NCBI GenBank assembly: GCA_009103225.1
Contig: RHPI01003389.1
Location: 372,001-436,000 of the forward strand
Length of the DNA: 64,000 nucleotides
From: Chlorokybus atmophyticus
Taxonomy: Eukaryota; Plantae; Mesostigma and Chlorokybus algae
Reading direction: 5' to 3'
Shown here in pieces: positions 1 through 13,228 of this stretch. Made by a program: the position numbers and the translations under genes. Below the pieces are notes generated by a model. The model was not told the origin of the DNA, did not search any database, and saw nothing but the letters and a program-made list of their open reading frames with translations. How positions within the stretch are numbered: position 1 is the first letter of the stretch; each line of letters begins with the position of its first letter.

Positions 1-117
1 TGCAGTTTAGACACACATGCGCTACTATGCGCTGTTTTGCAGTGACGCAAGCTCATTGAGGTCACTTAATAGAGGAGCAGAGCTCAGTCAGCATGACTGA
101 ACGCCCCTTCGTTGTAC

Positions 118-1185
118 CTTCCACCATCTTGCGAAGAGCTTCAACTGCACTAGAGTCCTTCATGCAGAAGCTGGGGTTACGCGTCATGACTTGTGCAACA
201 GGGACAGCAGAGGCTGACAGACCTTCCGCAACAACCCGAAATGTGACATCCTGTTGCAGACATTGTTGTCAACACACCGGCTGTGAAAGTAAAAATGCAA
301 TAGAGTACACTATGTCACTGCACTCGTTTTGCAACACGTCACAATGACAGGTTCTTGCAATTCACTGTTAGAACAACGCACTTTGTCCGTGATGATGCCT
401 GTCAGCATGCCCTTGGAGTCTGTGAGCAGAGCTGCGTCTGCTCTAGCTGAAGCCAAACGCTTTGCAGCCTCAGCAACAGGGGTCTCCTCGGGTAGCGTGA
501 CGCACTTGCTCAATCGCAAACGCCCAACTGATCGATCAGTTTGCCTGCAACAACGCACATATGGTTGTGTTCTGATGAGCACGTCGCAAACATGAAGCCA
601 TTGACCCACGCATGCACCATAGGGGCTAATGTCATGACGTAGAGTGTGAAGTGTTGTTAGCACCGACATCATGCACTGACGCTGTTGACAGCAACATTGA
701 TAGTTTCACCAGCACGGTCAATTTGCAACGCAAATTGCGTTGCAAATTGACATGTCCCTATCAAGATCCATGCAATCGCTTGTCCTGCAACGCGCAACTC
801 CACAACTTCCCCTTCATGCACCGTTGTTGCCGGACTCTCCACCTGGACGGAGTTATATCAACTGCCGATTATCACTGTGCATATATACACGGACACCCGC
901 CTGGCAACTGCATGCCAGAAGGAAACACTGTAGGCCGTGGCGAGCAAACGACGATGAGCAGATAACGTGCGACCACCACACAGCCCTTAGTCAGTTTGCA
1001 AAGCAGGATGCGTACCTAGCCTGCTTGCTGTTAGAACCGCTGCTGTCAGGCCGTCTCATGGACGACCTGCGCTGCGGAGGATTGGCTGCGCCGTTATTGT
1101 TGCTGGCCCGCTGCATGGCGCCCGCCGACGTGGGGCTGCGCTTTGGCAACTGCGGCAGACCCTCAGGCGCGTAGTCCTCGCTCAT
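118..1185 (-). CDS. CBS-domain (CBSCBSPB-like, CBS+PB1) protein, 5' part; exons 1185-1016, 544-382, 250-118; continues beyond window start
   Basis: Phase-compatible GT-AG exons give MSEDYAP...KQAR|QTDRSVGRLRLSKCVTLPEETPVAEAAKRLASARADAALLTDSKGMLTGIITDK|DVTFRVVAEGLSASAVPVAQVMTRNPSF. This matches the plant CBSCBSPB pattern (RLRLSKAL...ALLLTDS...GILTDKD...VMTRNP). Confidence 0.88.
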
Positions 1186-1485
1186 GACAGACCAGCTCAC
1201 CCCTAGCAATCCACACCTCCCCTCCTCCAACCTGCCTCCACCGCCTCCGCCGCCCACCTCAACCACGTTCCCAGCGACAAGCTCTCGCAGCTGCTGGCAA
1301 GATTGTGATGCTGCCGTGCCCCAAAGCAAGCTTCTGCACGTTTGCGCCCACTGCATCAGGTAACGTGAAGGTTACTGGTAATGAGAGTGCCATATAGGGT
1401 TCAACGCCTTGAGCTAACGTTACGTTGAGGATTTTGAACTGGGTTGCATTTTCCCGCCAAGTTGGGGGCTAGGGTTTGTTGGGGC

Positions 1486-3928
1486 ATGGCGTCGGCGTCG
1501 GCGGTGGTGGTGGACGTGGTGGTGGCAGGGTCGGGAGTGGGGTTTGGGGGCAATGCTGCTGTCATATCTGGGTCACGGCCTGGCCAGGCCGCTGCCGTCC
1601 CTGCCAAAAGGCCAGCTCCAAGGAGGAGCAGGGTTCGCTCGGTGGTTTGCCTGGCAGAGGAATGTGACAGCGCTGGCCACAGCGCGAGCCAGCTTGGCAA
1701 TGCGGGCGCGACACCAACTAGGAGAGGTGCGATCCTGGCTTCCGCTGCTGGTGGGATAGCCCTCGCCGCCGCAGCAGCCGGCGCAGCCCAAGCAGGACCT
1801 GCAGCCGTGCAAGCTGAGCCTTCTTCCTCTGTCCCTGCAGCGTACAGCTTTAAGGTGTCCGTCTGCAGCTAAATCATGAGTCCTTAGCCCTCAGCATGTC
1901 ACGTGACCATGTCCGACTAAACTGTGTTAGGTGCCACTGCGCATTGTGGCTTTGCGTGGTTCCCTGCCTCCAACATGGCAATCGGATTTCAAGGCCACTC
2001 AGGTGAGCGTGCATGTTATTGACCCCATTCGAATACTGCAGCTGCTAGTGTGACTTCGTACGCTGTTGCCAAACCAAGTAGCGCATGCATGCATGCATGC
2101 ATGCATGGGACGTTCAGTGCCTATTCTCAGAGCCGTCATTCAGGGTCCGGGTGCGGATGTCACCGTGGCTGCACGAGAACAGCTCAGTGACATCTTCAAT
2201 GAGGTAGGTGTGTAAGCGAGCTAAGCGCACACCAATACAACCAGTCTGCAATCGCATTCATGGTGCCCTGTTGTGCTGTCCCCAATGTGAGCGCTGTGTA
2301 GCTTACACAAGCAAAAGAAAAGAAACAAAAAGGGAAAGGGAAAAAGTCTGCCGCAGCAGCGGATGCGGTTACTCTGGGCGATGCATGGCTGCCCTCTGCA
2401 ATACAGCGCGGAGTGATCGCCCCCATTGCGAATGCGCAACAGTCATATTGGTGGAGGAGGTTACCTCCCAAGCTGCAGCAGCTGATGCGGCGCAACAATT
2501 CAGGCACGTATCTTGGGCTGTTTATTTGCTATGGCTGGGACTAGTGTTACAATGCTTGCACAAACATGCAATGGGGCACCTTGAAACTCGACTCGCATGT
2601 GTAACGGCATCACATGTCACTTCCTCTTGATGATGTCCTGGCATGCAGGACAGCTGGACCCACATGGACAAATCTGGGGTTGTCCATACCGATGTGGTTG
2701 CACGTTGATTGCATATGATTCCAGCAAGGTGAATAAGGGATAACTAATCACAGATAGTCACTGCAGTTTGGGCATCTTGGCGGCAAACGCTAATGACGAT
2801 GTCTTTTTCAGGTGGATCAGATGGGGGGAGATATCACTGACTGGTCCGATCTTTGGAGACCGCAACTGGCAGGGCGTGTTGCCATGTATCATTCCCCTCG
2901 TGAGGTGCAAGTTGTGACACTTATTAGCTTGCAATGCAGGGCGCAATTACACTGTGCGCAATTGTTGGTCGCATACAGATCAGTGTTGCTCAACAGAGTA
3001 ATGTGCAGGTCATGGGCATAGTGCTCAAGTCGCTAGGTGGATACTACAACGCAACTGACTTAGACCGCGCGGTCGGAGGTGGCATGCGTGTTGTTGCCAG
3101 CCGTTATCACGCCCTCAATAAGCAGGTTTGCCGCAACTTGCATTGCGCAGTGTTGTGGTCCTCAAGGTAACCTGTGCTATTTGCAGCAATGATCAACGAG
3201 CCATGAATTGCAGGTACGGGCTTACGACAGCCAGTACAGCCTGAAAGCCCTGGCAGCTGGTGATGTTTGGGTTGCTGTTGGCTGGTGCGCAAGCTTGGCA
3301 GTTTGGGATTCATGGTTGTAGCTTATTGTTGGAGTGCGTTTAGAAACACTGCTCGTTCCTTTTGTGGTTGCAGGAGCAATGACGTGCTTCCATTTGCGCA
3401 GCGTACACCACAGATGCGTGTGGTGGCACCAATGTCTGGCACAAGCCTGTTTGCTGATGTCTGGGTAAGCCGTGTTTGGTAACTGTCAACAGTTGTTGCA
3501 AGCAGCTGTAGTCGCAGTGCGTTCAACAGCACAAGGCTGTACTGACTCCGCGTGGCAGGCTGTGCCAACAAACATGCCACCAGATATTCGAGGCAAAGAT
3601 AATCCTGTGCCGTCACCGCTCCTGGACCAGTGGTTCACCTTCTCACTACAACCTGCGCGATCGCAGGTATAGAATGCTTTCATGCATGCCTCTGTTGCTG
3701 CAACTGACTCAAGCTGATTTTATGGCCAATGTACAGGCTTTGCTTACATCCAAGGCTGGCTTTTCTGCAGCCACCAGCGAAGCGCAAGGTGTTGAGTTTC
3801 GTTATGGACGAAATAAGGTTGTTCCAGTATCTGCTGAGGTTTTGAGAAGGTCGGAGTTCCTGCAACCGTTGCCAGAAAGAACTAAGGAGCAGTACAAAAA
3901 GGTAGCAGCCCTTGCCAAGGAGATATGA
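1486..3928 (+). CDS. Plastid spermidine/putrescine-binding periplasmic-protein-like (PotD/PotF fold; Arabidopsis ENF2/At1g31410-like), multi-exon
   Basis: Exons encode VPLRIVALRGSLPP, AADAVTLGDAWL, GQIWGCPYRCG, DWSDLWRPQLAGRVAM..SPRE, YSLKALAAGDVWVAVGWSNDV, GTSLFADVWAVP, PSPLLDQWFTFSLQPARS, RRSEFLQPL. The N-terminus is a transit peptide followed by a twin-Arg signal. Confidence 0.88.
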
Positions 3929-5116
3929 CGCCTGCCAGCTGCACATGGCAGGCTTGTCATACTTGGTTGCGACAGCACTGATTAGATAGGTGGAAGCTTG
4001 GCAATACTGACAATGCCTTTGACTGGGAAGAAAGTGTCCCGTTTGAATCTGATTGTGGATGGAGTGAGGTACAATCAGCAGAGGCTTGGAGCTTGGAGTT
4101 GCACGAGGTCATCAGTCAACAGGGGTGGATGTGCTGTTGACATCAGCTTGGTGCAGTCTGTAAGACTTGACATAAAGGTCAGTCTTTCAGTCTAAGCTCT
4201 ATGCATCTGCCTTGGGTTATAGTCAGTCCGTACTTAGCTGCTTGTATATCACACAGTACCCCAACGTTAGCATCTAGCGACACAACATGCATAAGGTATG
4301 GGTGGTAGGGCAAAGAAGCTATGCATGGCATGGTTTTGTACAATGTATGCGCATGCTGTCTTAAGGTGTTGAGGGATCGTAGGACAATCACAATTAGAAC
4401 ACAACATCACAATTAGAACATTCCCGAGCTTTACCTGATTAACAAGGTATTCAAGCATGGACGTCACCTTAGTAGTCCCAGTTTTCTCGAACATTGTAAT
4501 CATCATGTTACACATATCATCACCGCCTACACTTCAACCACACAGACCTTGTTGCTGATGTCAACAACGTCTGACGCGAGTCTTAAAACTTGAACAACTT
4601 TAACTTTCACAGGAGTTGCTAAAAGCAAACTCCCCAAGTGGAAAGGGGGCCATGCAAAGAGCACGCTTCACAAACCCGTGCATAACCACAACCAGCACTG
4701 CAATAAAATAGACGGGGCGCCAAGTAGAGCTTCTACGTAGCTAGACTGGTGAACACTTTGACCCTGGCAGCAGCAACGCGTAGGGCAAAGGCAGGCCGAT
4801 GGCAAGGGACGAGGTACCACATGCAGAGCGCAGGAGAGGAGAGGAGGGGAAGGAGTCAGCCGGAGTCCAAGCACGACGACGACGACGTATGGATGACAAC
4901 TGCTTGGGCCCCGCGCCCAGCAGCGCCGCCGCCAAATGATCTAGCGCCCTCTGGTGTAACAACGCAAACTGCTGTTTGGCCTGCGGCTGCAGCTTAGGAC
5001 CCCAGTCAAGGTTAGGTTGCGCGCAGGCCATTGCACAGTCAGCCCAACGTAACATGCAGTGTCTCGGATGGCAGTTAACCGAGTAACGAAAATGACACAT
5101 GACAACAACCAGCAGC

Positions 5117-5175
5117 ACCAGCAGCCACATCAACAGCAATTGCAACATTAACAGCAATTGCAACATCAACAGCAA
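5117..5175. repeat. Short tandem repeat, 18-bp unit caacatYaacagcaattg, about 3 copies
   Basis: Seen directly; lies next to the 3' end of the Penelope-like relic. Confidence 0.7.
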
Positions 5176-5249
5176 GAGCCACAGCGATTAGACCCTGACT
5201 TACATGCGGGAAGTTGCCTGCTCCCCACACTCACTCACCTTCACCTGAC

Positions 5250-5900
5250 CTGCACTCACCTGTTTATTAAAGTAAGATGCTGCTTGCTGTCTGTTGCACA
5301 CCAGCTGGAAGAAATACTTGTATGAGACATCAAATACCATGCCCCGCTGTGCATGCATCCACCTGCGCGGCTTGACAAAGAGTGCCTTCTTTGCAGATCC
5401 CTCTCTCTGCATGGTTGTTGGTAGGTTTGTCATTTCCAGCAAAAAGTGAGAGCAGTACGTACGCAACAAACCTCTCTCACATTGTGAAATGACAACACCA
5501 AGGTTGGCTTGTTTAAAATGTTAGTACCCAGATGTGGTGCACGCCTTTGTGGGATGTTGGCAAACACACTGTCACATGTAGACGTTCCAATGAGGCGGAT
5601 GTAACCCCATTGATTGTGATAAATCTTAGCTTCCAGGAAAATAAAACTGCTTTTGGACATTGCCGATAGTTGCCTATGGATAGACTGTTATTCCCACTAT
5701 ACAGCAGGCGCAACTGGTAACTCCGATGTGTTGCATTACAATCCGACCAAACCCTCCATCTATGTGGTTGGCTAACATCGACAATGACAACTCAATTGCT
5801 CTGGGAATTGACTATGCAGTCGGCTCTCTACAAAGAGTACAAGATCCCGGCTACAAAATCAGAATGGCATTACTTACAGAGCTGTAGTGATGCAATTGCT
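5250..5900 (-). mobile_element. Penelope-like element (Naiad/Chlamys-type) RT C-terminal/thumb relic
   Basis: Frameshifted fragments in the expected order: SRDLVLFVE (cf. ADLFLYSYE), NHIDG (cf. RYIDD), VYP, SFIFLEAKIY (cf. SFLDL), APHLGTNI (cf. FPHLSSNIP), YCSHFLLEMTNL..TMQREG (cf. ACS..F..R...L..QGY). Confidence 0.55.
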
Positions 5901-6266
5901 ATGTGCCATGGATGGTAGCAGACGCAGCTAGCAAACAGCTAGCAGTAGTGTGGGCATTTTGATGCTGTGCTCAGGACCAAACATAACCCTGACCCAACCG
6001 GCTATTGCATTGGTAACCTGCTTATGGTACATAGGACTCCATGCATGGCAGCAGAGCTCACATGTCAAGCGCAGTAACGTGCAAGCTGAGGGGCTTTCAA
6101 CACCCTTGCTGACTACACTACAAACCAAGATCAATGCCCTGGCCTGCAACTGGCCAAGGTCACAAGTAAATGTGCTGTTGCAAAAGGGCCTCATGCAACA
6201 ATCAAAGCGTTCTTACTTGTTACAGCGCGAGCAATACAATTACTACTGTGGATTGGTGTACGACTA

Positions 6267-8250
6267 TCAATGAGCGGGCTCCAGCATGGGCCAGTCGCAC
6301 GTTGGACCCATGGCCGCGGGTCGTTGCTGCTGCTGGGCTTTACCCCAAATGGAGCCCAAGCTCAGACCCATCATGGACATGACAACCTGTGAGGCGACCA
6401 TGAGTTGAGGGGATCAACACTCTAGCTGGCAAGGACAGGAAGGACATGTGCACAGCCCGTATCATGCATACTGTGAAATCCAGGACCACTGCACACCAAG
6501 CACATACCACAGATATGGAGGGCGCAATGCTGGCGGCAGGGCCGAAGAATTTGCCAGCAAGCAATACAGCGAGGGAGCTGCTCTGCATTCCCGTGCAGAG
6601 CGCCAGCGTGCGGCTTGTGCGATCATCGAGTTTGAAAAAGGGCAACTTGGCAAACCACATGCCAATGACAAAGGCAGCAGCATGGAATGCGACCACTGGT
6701 GCCACAACCCATCTGCCCGCTGGTGACAAGAGGTGCGACACATTGGTTGCCAGAGGGCTACCAATGCAAAGGGAGGTGCAGCTCATGGCAACCAGCGGCA
6801 TGACAGGGCGAATGCGCTTCACAACGCCCTTGCAGTACTTATTGAGAAAAAGGCCGGTGCAAATGGGCACCACCACAACCTGCAGGATCGATTTACTCAT
6901 CGCGACCATGTCCACTGGCACAACGCTGCCCAGCAGAAACCTCGTAAGCAGCGGGGTCATAGCTACAGATGAAATGGTCGTGAGCGCTGTCAAGAGGACC
7001 GCCAGTGCCACATCGCCAGACATAAGATGCGTGGCGTAGCTCGAAAGCTGCGCATCAACAGTAGTTGTTGAAGAACTGCAATAGTATCACCACTAGCCCG
7101 TTCAAACAGGACCACAGGATGCGCAACTACTTGGCACCATACCTGGGCTCCCGAGACACATGCTGTAACCAACAGACCAGCAGCAAACTCCATGGGAAGG
7201 TTGAATAGCTTGATTGCCAGCAGACCAAGAAGGGGCTTGATGGCGTACTGTGCCAAAACCCTGCTCACAGGACAAGCTGGTCATGATGTTGTCATGGGTG
7301 ATTCTCGCTGACAAGGCATCCAAAGATGAACACTCACCCAACAGCTACGGGCATGGGCTTGCTCATGACCAACACAAAGTCTTGGATACTTAGCTGGATG
7401 CCAATGCTGAGCATGATGCCACCAAGAGCGGGAGCGTAATATTCAGACGTGAACCAGGTGAATGTAGAGGGAACCATCACTGCAGAACAGGCGGTCGCAA
7501 GGATGGCAAATGGGAACATTGCGCCAACAAGTTTGCCTATGTCCAGTGCGGGTGGCGGCTCAGGAACTGTCACAACCTCAGAGGGCCAGACTGGAACCGC
7601 CATCTGCATTTGTAGCTGCACCACCACAGGCCCATTCAACATGCTCATATGGGAACATACGCAGATAATGTACATCTACAATGCCGTGCATAAATATCCT
7701 AACGCCATACCTCTTGCTGTCGTTGTGCGCGTGCAAGTTGTATATCGTGGAGATCTTTGTCAAACAGTCCGCTCTGCCGGTAAAGTCTCTCGTAACGGTC
7801 TCTTAAAGAACGCTGCCCATCATGGTAGCCTGCACACAAGTGCGTTGACCACAGCGATCGCATAGAACAGAATTGTGACAACCAAAGCAGAAAGACAAAA
7901 TTGAAAACGCCATCATCATAGCAGCCATGACACACATACCTGTAAATGCATTTGCCTGTTTATGTTATGCATTGCGCTGCAACCAGCATGTCAGCTGTGC
8001 TATTTGCTCTCTCGTGGTATAGCTTACCACTAGTATGCAGCCAGTCACTGGTGCGGCCGCCGCTAACGGAAGCCACTGTGCATTGCCTTCGGGTTGGCAA
8101 AACTCTTGTGCGAGCAGCGAAGCGCAATGTGTGCTGGAAAGACCTAACATGTGCAGTGATTGCCTGCTGCTGCTGTGCGCTGCAGCAAGGCCGCTCTGGC
8201 TCGCATGGTGTGCAAATAACTGAAGACGATGACGCCACCACTGACGACAT
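6267..8250 (-). CDS. BASS3: Plastid bile acid:sodium symporter family protein, BASS3-like
   Basis: Exons give YYAPALGGIMLSIGIQLS, AQYAIKPLLG, CVSGAQLSSYA, VVPVDMVAMSKSILQVV, VMPLVAMSCTSLCIGSPL, RTLALCTGMQSS, VVMSMMGLSLGSIWG. Transit-peptide exon 8250-8028 and exon 7829-7711 are phase-compatible. Confidence 0.92.
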
Positions 8251-9518
8251 CAGGGTCCACCTGCTGCTATTGGGAGGAGCCAAACACGCATAACCACACG
8301 TCAATTGCTAGCCAGCACAGCCCAGACAGGCCAAGCGCACATTGACAGCAGTGGGCGGAACGTTGTGACTCATACAACGCTACACACTGGTATAGCTGTC
8401 CAATACACCCAAAACGCGCAAAACGTATGAAGACAGTCAAACCGACACTTCTAACTGGACAGAGCGAACAACTTTATGGCCCTGCATGCAAATCACATAA
8501 CACATACAAAGCGCAGCGGCAGCTCCAGATCACGCTGAGTGCAAATGATTATTGGTATGCAACGGGCTGTAGTTACAACTATCTGACACATACCGCAATA
8601 AGAAAAGACGAATGTAACTCAAAGAGAGTAACCTTAGGTAAGGTGAGACTCAAGCAAGCCGCGTGGCCAACCACTGTACAGTGTGTCAGTCGGCTAAGCA
8701 GAACAACACACAAGAACACCTCTCGACCACTTCCTACAGCCGCCCCGAGCCTGACCTACTACTTACAATGCAAGGAGATGTCACAGACTTATGTGAATCG
8801 TGGACCACGACGACCGCAACGTCCCCGCCGCCGCCACCGCCACTTCTGCCGCCGCCGTTAAACGCCAAGCTGAGTCAAAAGGCTTACCCCTAGCGACAAC
8901 AGCCAGTGGCGCAAACCCTCAAAGTGCGCCTGCACAGGTGGCCTGTCCCATCACCGTGCGATCCTAAGTCTGCGTCAGGACCAACGGTGTCGATGGCGTC
9001 ATTGACAGGCAGCAGAGGCGAGTTTTTTCTGTCTGCAGTTGTTTGCCGCCAAATGCTGCCAACGGACCTAGGCTGTGGCTCACTTACTGACCAATGGGTG
9101 TTGAGGCTTTGCAGATGTCTCAATTTCAAATCATGACTGCCCGCTCAGGCCACGGTGGCATGCTTCTGCTACGTGGCTCGATCACGCATCAATTGCAAAT
9201 TTCAACCTTCAATCGCGGTTGAGTCGTGATTGCTGAAGCGGGATCCATTAACCAAGGTCAGTGTGGCTGGTTGAGTGCATGACCGTTTAGCTGACGGCGA
9301 TCTCGCGGCAGTGGCGGCGTGGGCGTGGGGCTTGTGGGCGGCGGCGTTGGCGGCGGCGTGGGTGTTGTGGCGGTTGGAGCGGAAGCTGGGTCGGGTTGTA
9401 GTAATTGTCTGCTTCATGTTACGCTGCATTGCCGGTCGGGAGCTGTGCAGTGTTGCGTTGGGAAGGGACCTCAGCTGAGGCGGGGTGGGTGAAACCCTAA
9501 GTTGCTGTCGTGTGCAAA

Positions 9519-12500
9519 ATGCCTGCCAGAGATGGGCGATCCGGCAGCGGCAGTGGGGCCGATGGTGCTCATTCCAGAAGCACCTCAGCTGGGGATAGTC
9601 CTGGCGGATCACAGATTTCTGCTGAGGAGCTGGAGCAGGTGTGCACTTGCTCACAATGCGAGAGATTCCACCAATGTGTGCGAGCCTATCAAAGGACGCT
9701 CTTGCATTCGACTTTCTTGGTTTGACACATAAGTCATTGTGTCCCTAGCGCGTCCTTGCAAATCACAACAGGACCAGGACCCTCATGCATCAACGCTCGT
9801 TTCTTGTAGCTTGCAAGGTAATGAAGACATGCAGGAAGGCATCAATGCGAGTGCATATAGGCATGTGGCATTGGTTCAAGGATTGCCTGCTTGGAAAATC
9901 CTTTCATATCCAGGCATGTACACTCTTGAGTAGCGACCACATCAATGCTGCAGCAGTCAGTGCCATTCACAGCAATCCTAATGCAGCACCTTTGCAGCAG
10001 CTGTTTACGCTGCGTCTTGCAGACACTTGTGCGTGCAAGACGTGGATGTCTCTACAAAGTTTAGTAACTGGGGTACTCATCTAACAGCATGCACAGTCTC
10101 GGTGTGTCCGTGCTGTGGTGGCATGCAGATTGCGGCATACGTGAAGAAGAGTTGGCCATGGTAGGGATTCCAATCCGTGTTTACTGCGCATTGGTTTCCT
10201 GCGTCAATAGTGTATGTGTTCAGGGTCTGCTATAGTACAAAGTGACAGTTGAATCCGGAATCACCAAACAGGCTTCATGCATTGCTGTGAGGGCCTAAAT
10301 GCATTGGAGATTGCTTTCACAGAGTAGTGCATTCCATGGAGCATGTCTTGGGAGCAATCTTATGTGCCTCCACACAGCAGAGCTCTCATGACTGCGAGTA
10401 CGGAGTGTATCCTTTCTGTTTAGAGTTATTTTGTTTGCTTGACACATGTTGTCTGCAGGTGTCTGGCAGCATGTCCACGCTTGCATTGGCACCGTCCGGC
10501 CCGCGTACCATTGCAGACGAGGGGACCATTTGGGTTCAAGTTGTCGGTGGGGAGGTGCTTGAGATAGATGCTGCTTGCGCTCTGTTGTCGCCACTCCTTC
10601 AAACAGGGCAACTGCGAGGCGCTGGCAAGAGCAGAGAACGACCGCTGGTGTTGCCGAAACAGGTGCCACGCTGTGGTGATCGCTTGTGCATTGTATGTCT
10701 TTTGGCTTGTCTTGTTCTCACATGCGTTGGTAACTATCATAGGTGGGCACAGACATACTGCAACTCATTCTGACCTACTGCACATATCACCGCGCTCCTG
10801 GGCGCTCAGACAAGGTGCGCACTTGCCAGCAGCTTGTACGAGTAGCTGAGTTTCTCGGCGACTCTTCATCATGTTCTGGTGGCAGGAGCGCAAGATTTTT
10901 GACGAGAAGTTGGTGCGAGGCTGTGACACACGAAGGCTGTGCGAGTTGACCGGCGCCGCAGACGCATTGGGGATGCGACCACTGGTTGAGCTTGCATCAC
11001 GAGCATTGGCGCGTATGATTGAAGGTCGCACACCGGAAGAGATTCGAGCTACATTTCATCTCCCTGACGACCTGACCGAGGCAGGCTCTGCTGCATGTTA
11101 GTCAAGTAGTAGCCCAGTTGTTTCAGGATATGCTTGCAATGGATCATATGCAGGTATTGTCCCGCCTGCTATATTGTCCAGCCTTGCCTTCTAACATTGT
11201 CCTTGTGATGATTTAGGAAGAGAAGTTGGAGCCATTAAGAAACACTGGAGATGACCCGCGAATACGTCTCTTGAACCGCTTGTATGCGAAGAAGCGGAAA
11301 GAACTGCAGGAGCGCAAAGGTCCCAAGGTATGCCATCATGCAGACACCTACCATGATCAACACGTAATTGGCATGTCACGTGTCATGAACTTGACATCAC
11401 ATGCTGGGAACATGATGCCAAGCCTGCAATACTTGCAACAAAGCACGTATGTTTGATTTGCCAACATGGCTCTCATGCATAGGAGGAGATACCCAAGGAA
11501 CCAGATGCACACAAGACACTAACAGATGAGCGGTCCGTGGACGACCTGCTGTCCTTCATTGACGGTACAGGTAAGTCCACGTAATCTCCTATGCGTGGAT
11601 GCATGGATGTTGTATTGCTATGAACCTGCGTGTTGGCATGGTGTTGGCAGGATTGTTGTTAGTTAACATAGGTTAGAGCATGTAAGTCAGTAGGCAATGA
11701 TGCATGTAGTGCCTGAGGCTTGGTATGCAGGCAAAAGTCAAAATGGTAAAGCGAAGGGCAAGAAGCGCGGCAAGAAAAAGAATGAGAGTGACCGAGGAGG
11801 TGGCAAAAAGGGTGCCAGCAGCGGTTCTCAATCCGCTCATCACTTCCTTGACAACGACGGTGATGACTATGATGGGCTTGACCCAGAAATCAAAGAGAAG
11901 TTGGACAGGTAGAGTTCAGACCCAACAGCTGGGTGTTGCTGGTGTGTTGCTGCTAACACATGCTTTTGTGTAACAGAGAGGTTGCGGACTTCGCAAGGCG
12001 GTTGAATGCAGATTGGAGGGAACGAATGCGAGAAATGCTAGAAGAAAGCATGGATGGATCGCAAGCAAGCTCGCCAACAGCGCTCCTGCGATCGGACTCG
12101 CCAACTTCCGCCACCTTTGCGGGTTCAGATGGTGAGGGCCACGACGCAAGCCCTGGGGAAGGGAGGTTCTATGAACAGATCGGCAATGGATCGCATGAAG
12201 TGCGCAGTAAGGGTTTGGCAACGAGCATAGCCAACTGCGTGTCCGAGTTGCAGTTGCAATCTACCTCCAATCACACCAGCAGCAGGCACAAGGCAAATGG
12301 TGTGCACTCTGTGCTGACTGAGGCTGATGCAATTCCGTCTGGAAGCTCATGGCAATCTGACAGCTCGGCTTCAAGCCGGAAAAGGTCGGCACCCTTAGCG
12401 AGCTGTTCGTTCTTGAAGCTGGGGCTGGGAGACCCTGCCTTCAATGACCTGGATCTAGATCTGGCAGACTCCCTTACATCCTCCGCTTGCGAACACCCGC

Positions 12501-12949
12501 CCAGCATGGCCTGGTTACAAACTGCCGAAGCTGCATCGGGTCTCGAGTTGTTTGACCACTTTCCAGATGACTTGCCCAGCACGCTTGCGGAGCATCACCA
12601 TTACAATGGCTCAAGGCCACAACTTTCACCATTGCTGCTAAGCCCTTTCCAAACCAACAGGTTTCCCGCTGAGCTGCGCACAGATCCACACCTAAGGCCT
12701 GAAGACATAGAGCAGATATCATGTTTCCTCAATGGGTTTCTGGAGCATATGGGCCTAGGGAACAAGCTGATGGTGGTGAAGACGGACTCTTCGTGCAGCA
12801 CTGATGCATCAGAGCAGAGGTTCACTCGCCAGCTTTACCCTGCTGTGAATACACGCACTATCGCAAGCAATGGCAGCGGGTGGTCGATGTCACTGCCTCT
12901 TTCGACTGCGTCAGTAACATTGGCAGTGACAAGGACTCCGCAAGATTAG
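9519..12949 (+). CDS. SKP1-like protein of the ASK20/ASK21 type
   Basis: ERKIFDEKLV...LCELTGAADALGMRPLVELASRALARMIEGRTPEEIRATFHLPDDLTE|EEKLEPL...DDPRIRLLNRLYAKKRKEL, DERSVDDLLSFI, DPEIKEKLDREVADFARRLN. An alternative start exists at 10471. Confidence 0.9.
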
Positions 12950-13228
12950 ACTCAGCGCAAAGTGCTTTGATTGATGTCACTTAGACTGCAGTATAATGTG
13001 TACAGATTGCATCTATTGCCTTCACATTGTTTCTAGTGAGGTTGGGCTTTGTAAACATGTCGACATGCGAGGATCTTGGCAAAACGATTGCACGCAAGGC
13101 TACTTGGCCCCTACTGGTACATGGCTTGAGATTTATGCACTATGTTCAAGTTTCATAGAGGCACATCCTCGCGCATGCAAGGTCCTCCTTGTGGGTGGGC
13201 CTGATTGTGTTATTGTGGTTATTTATTG

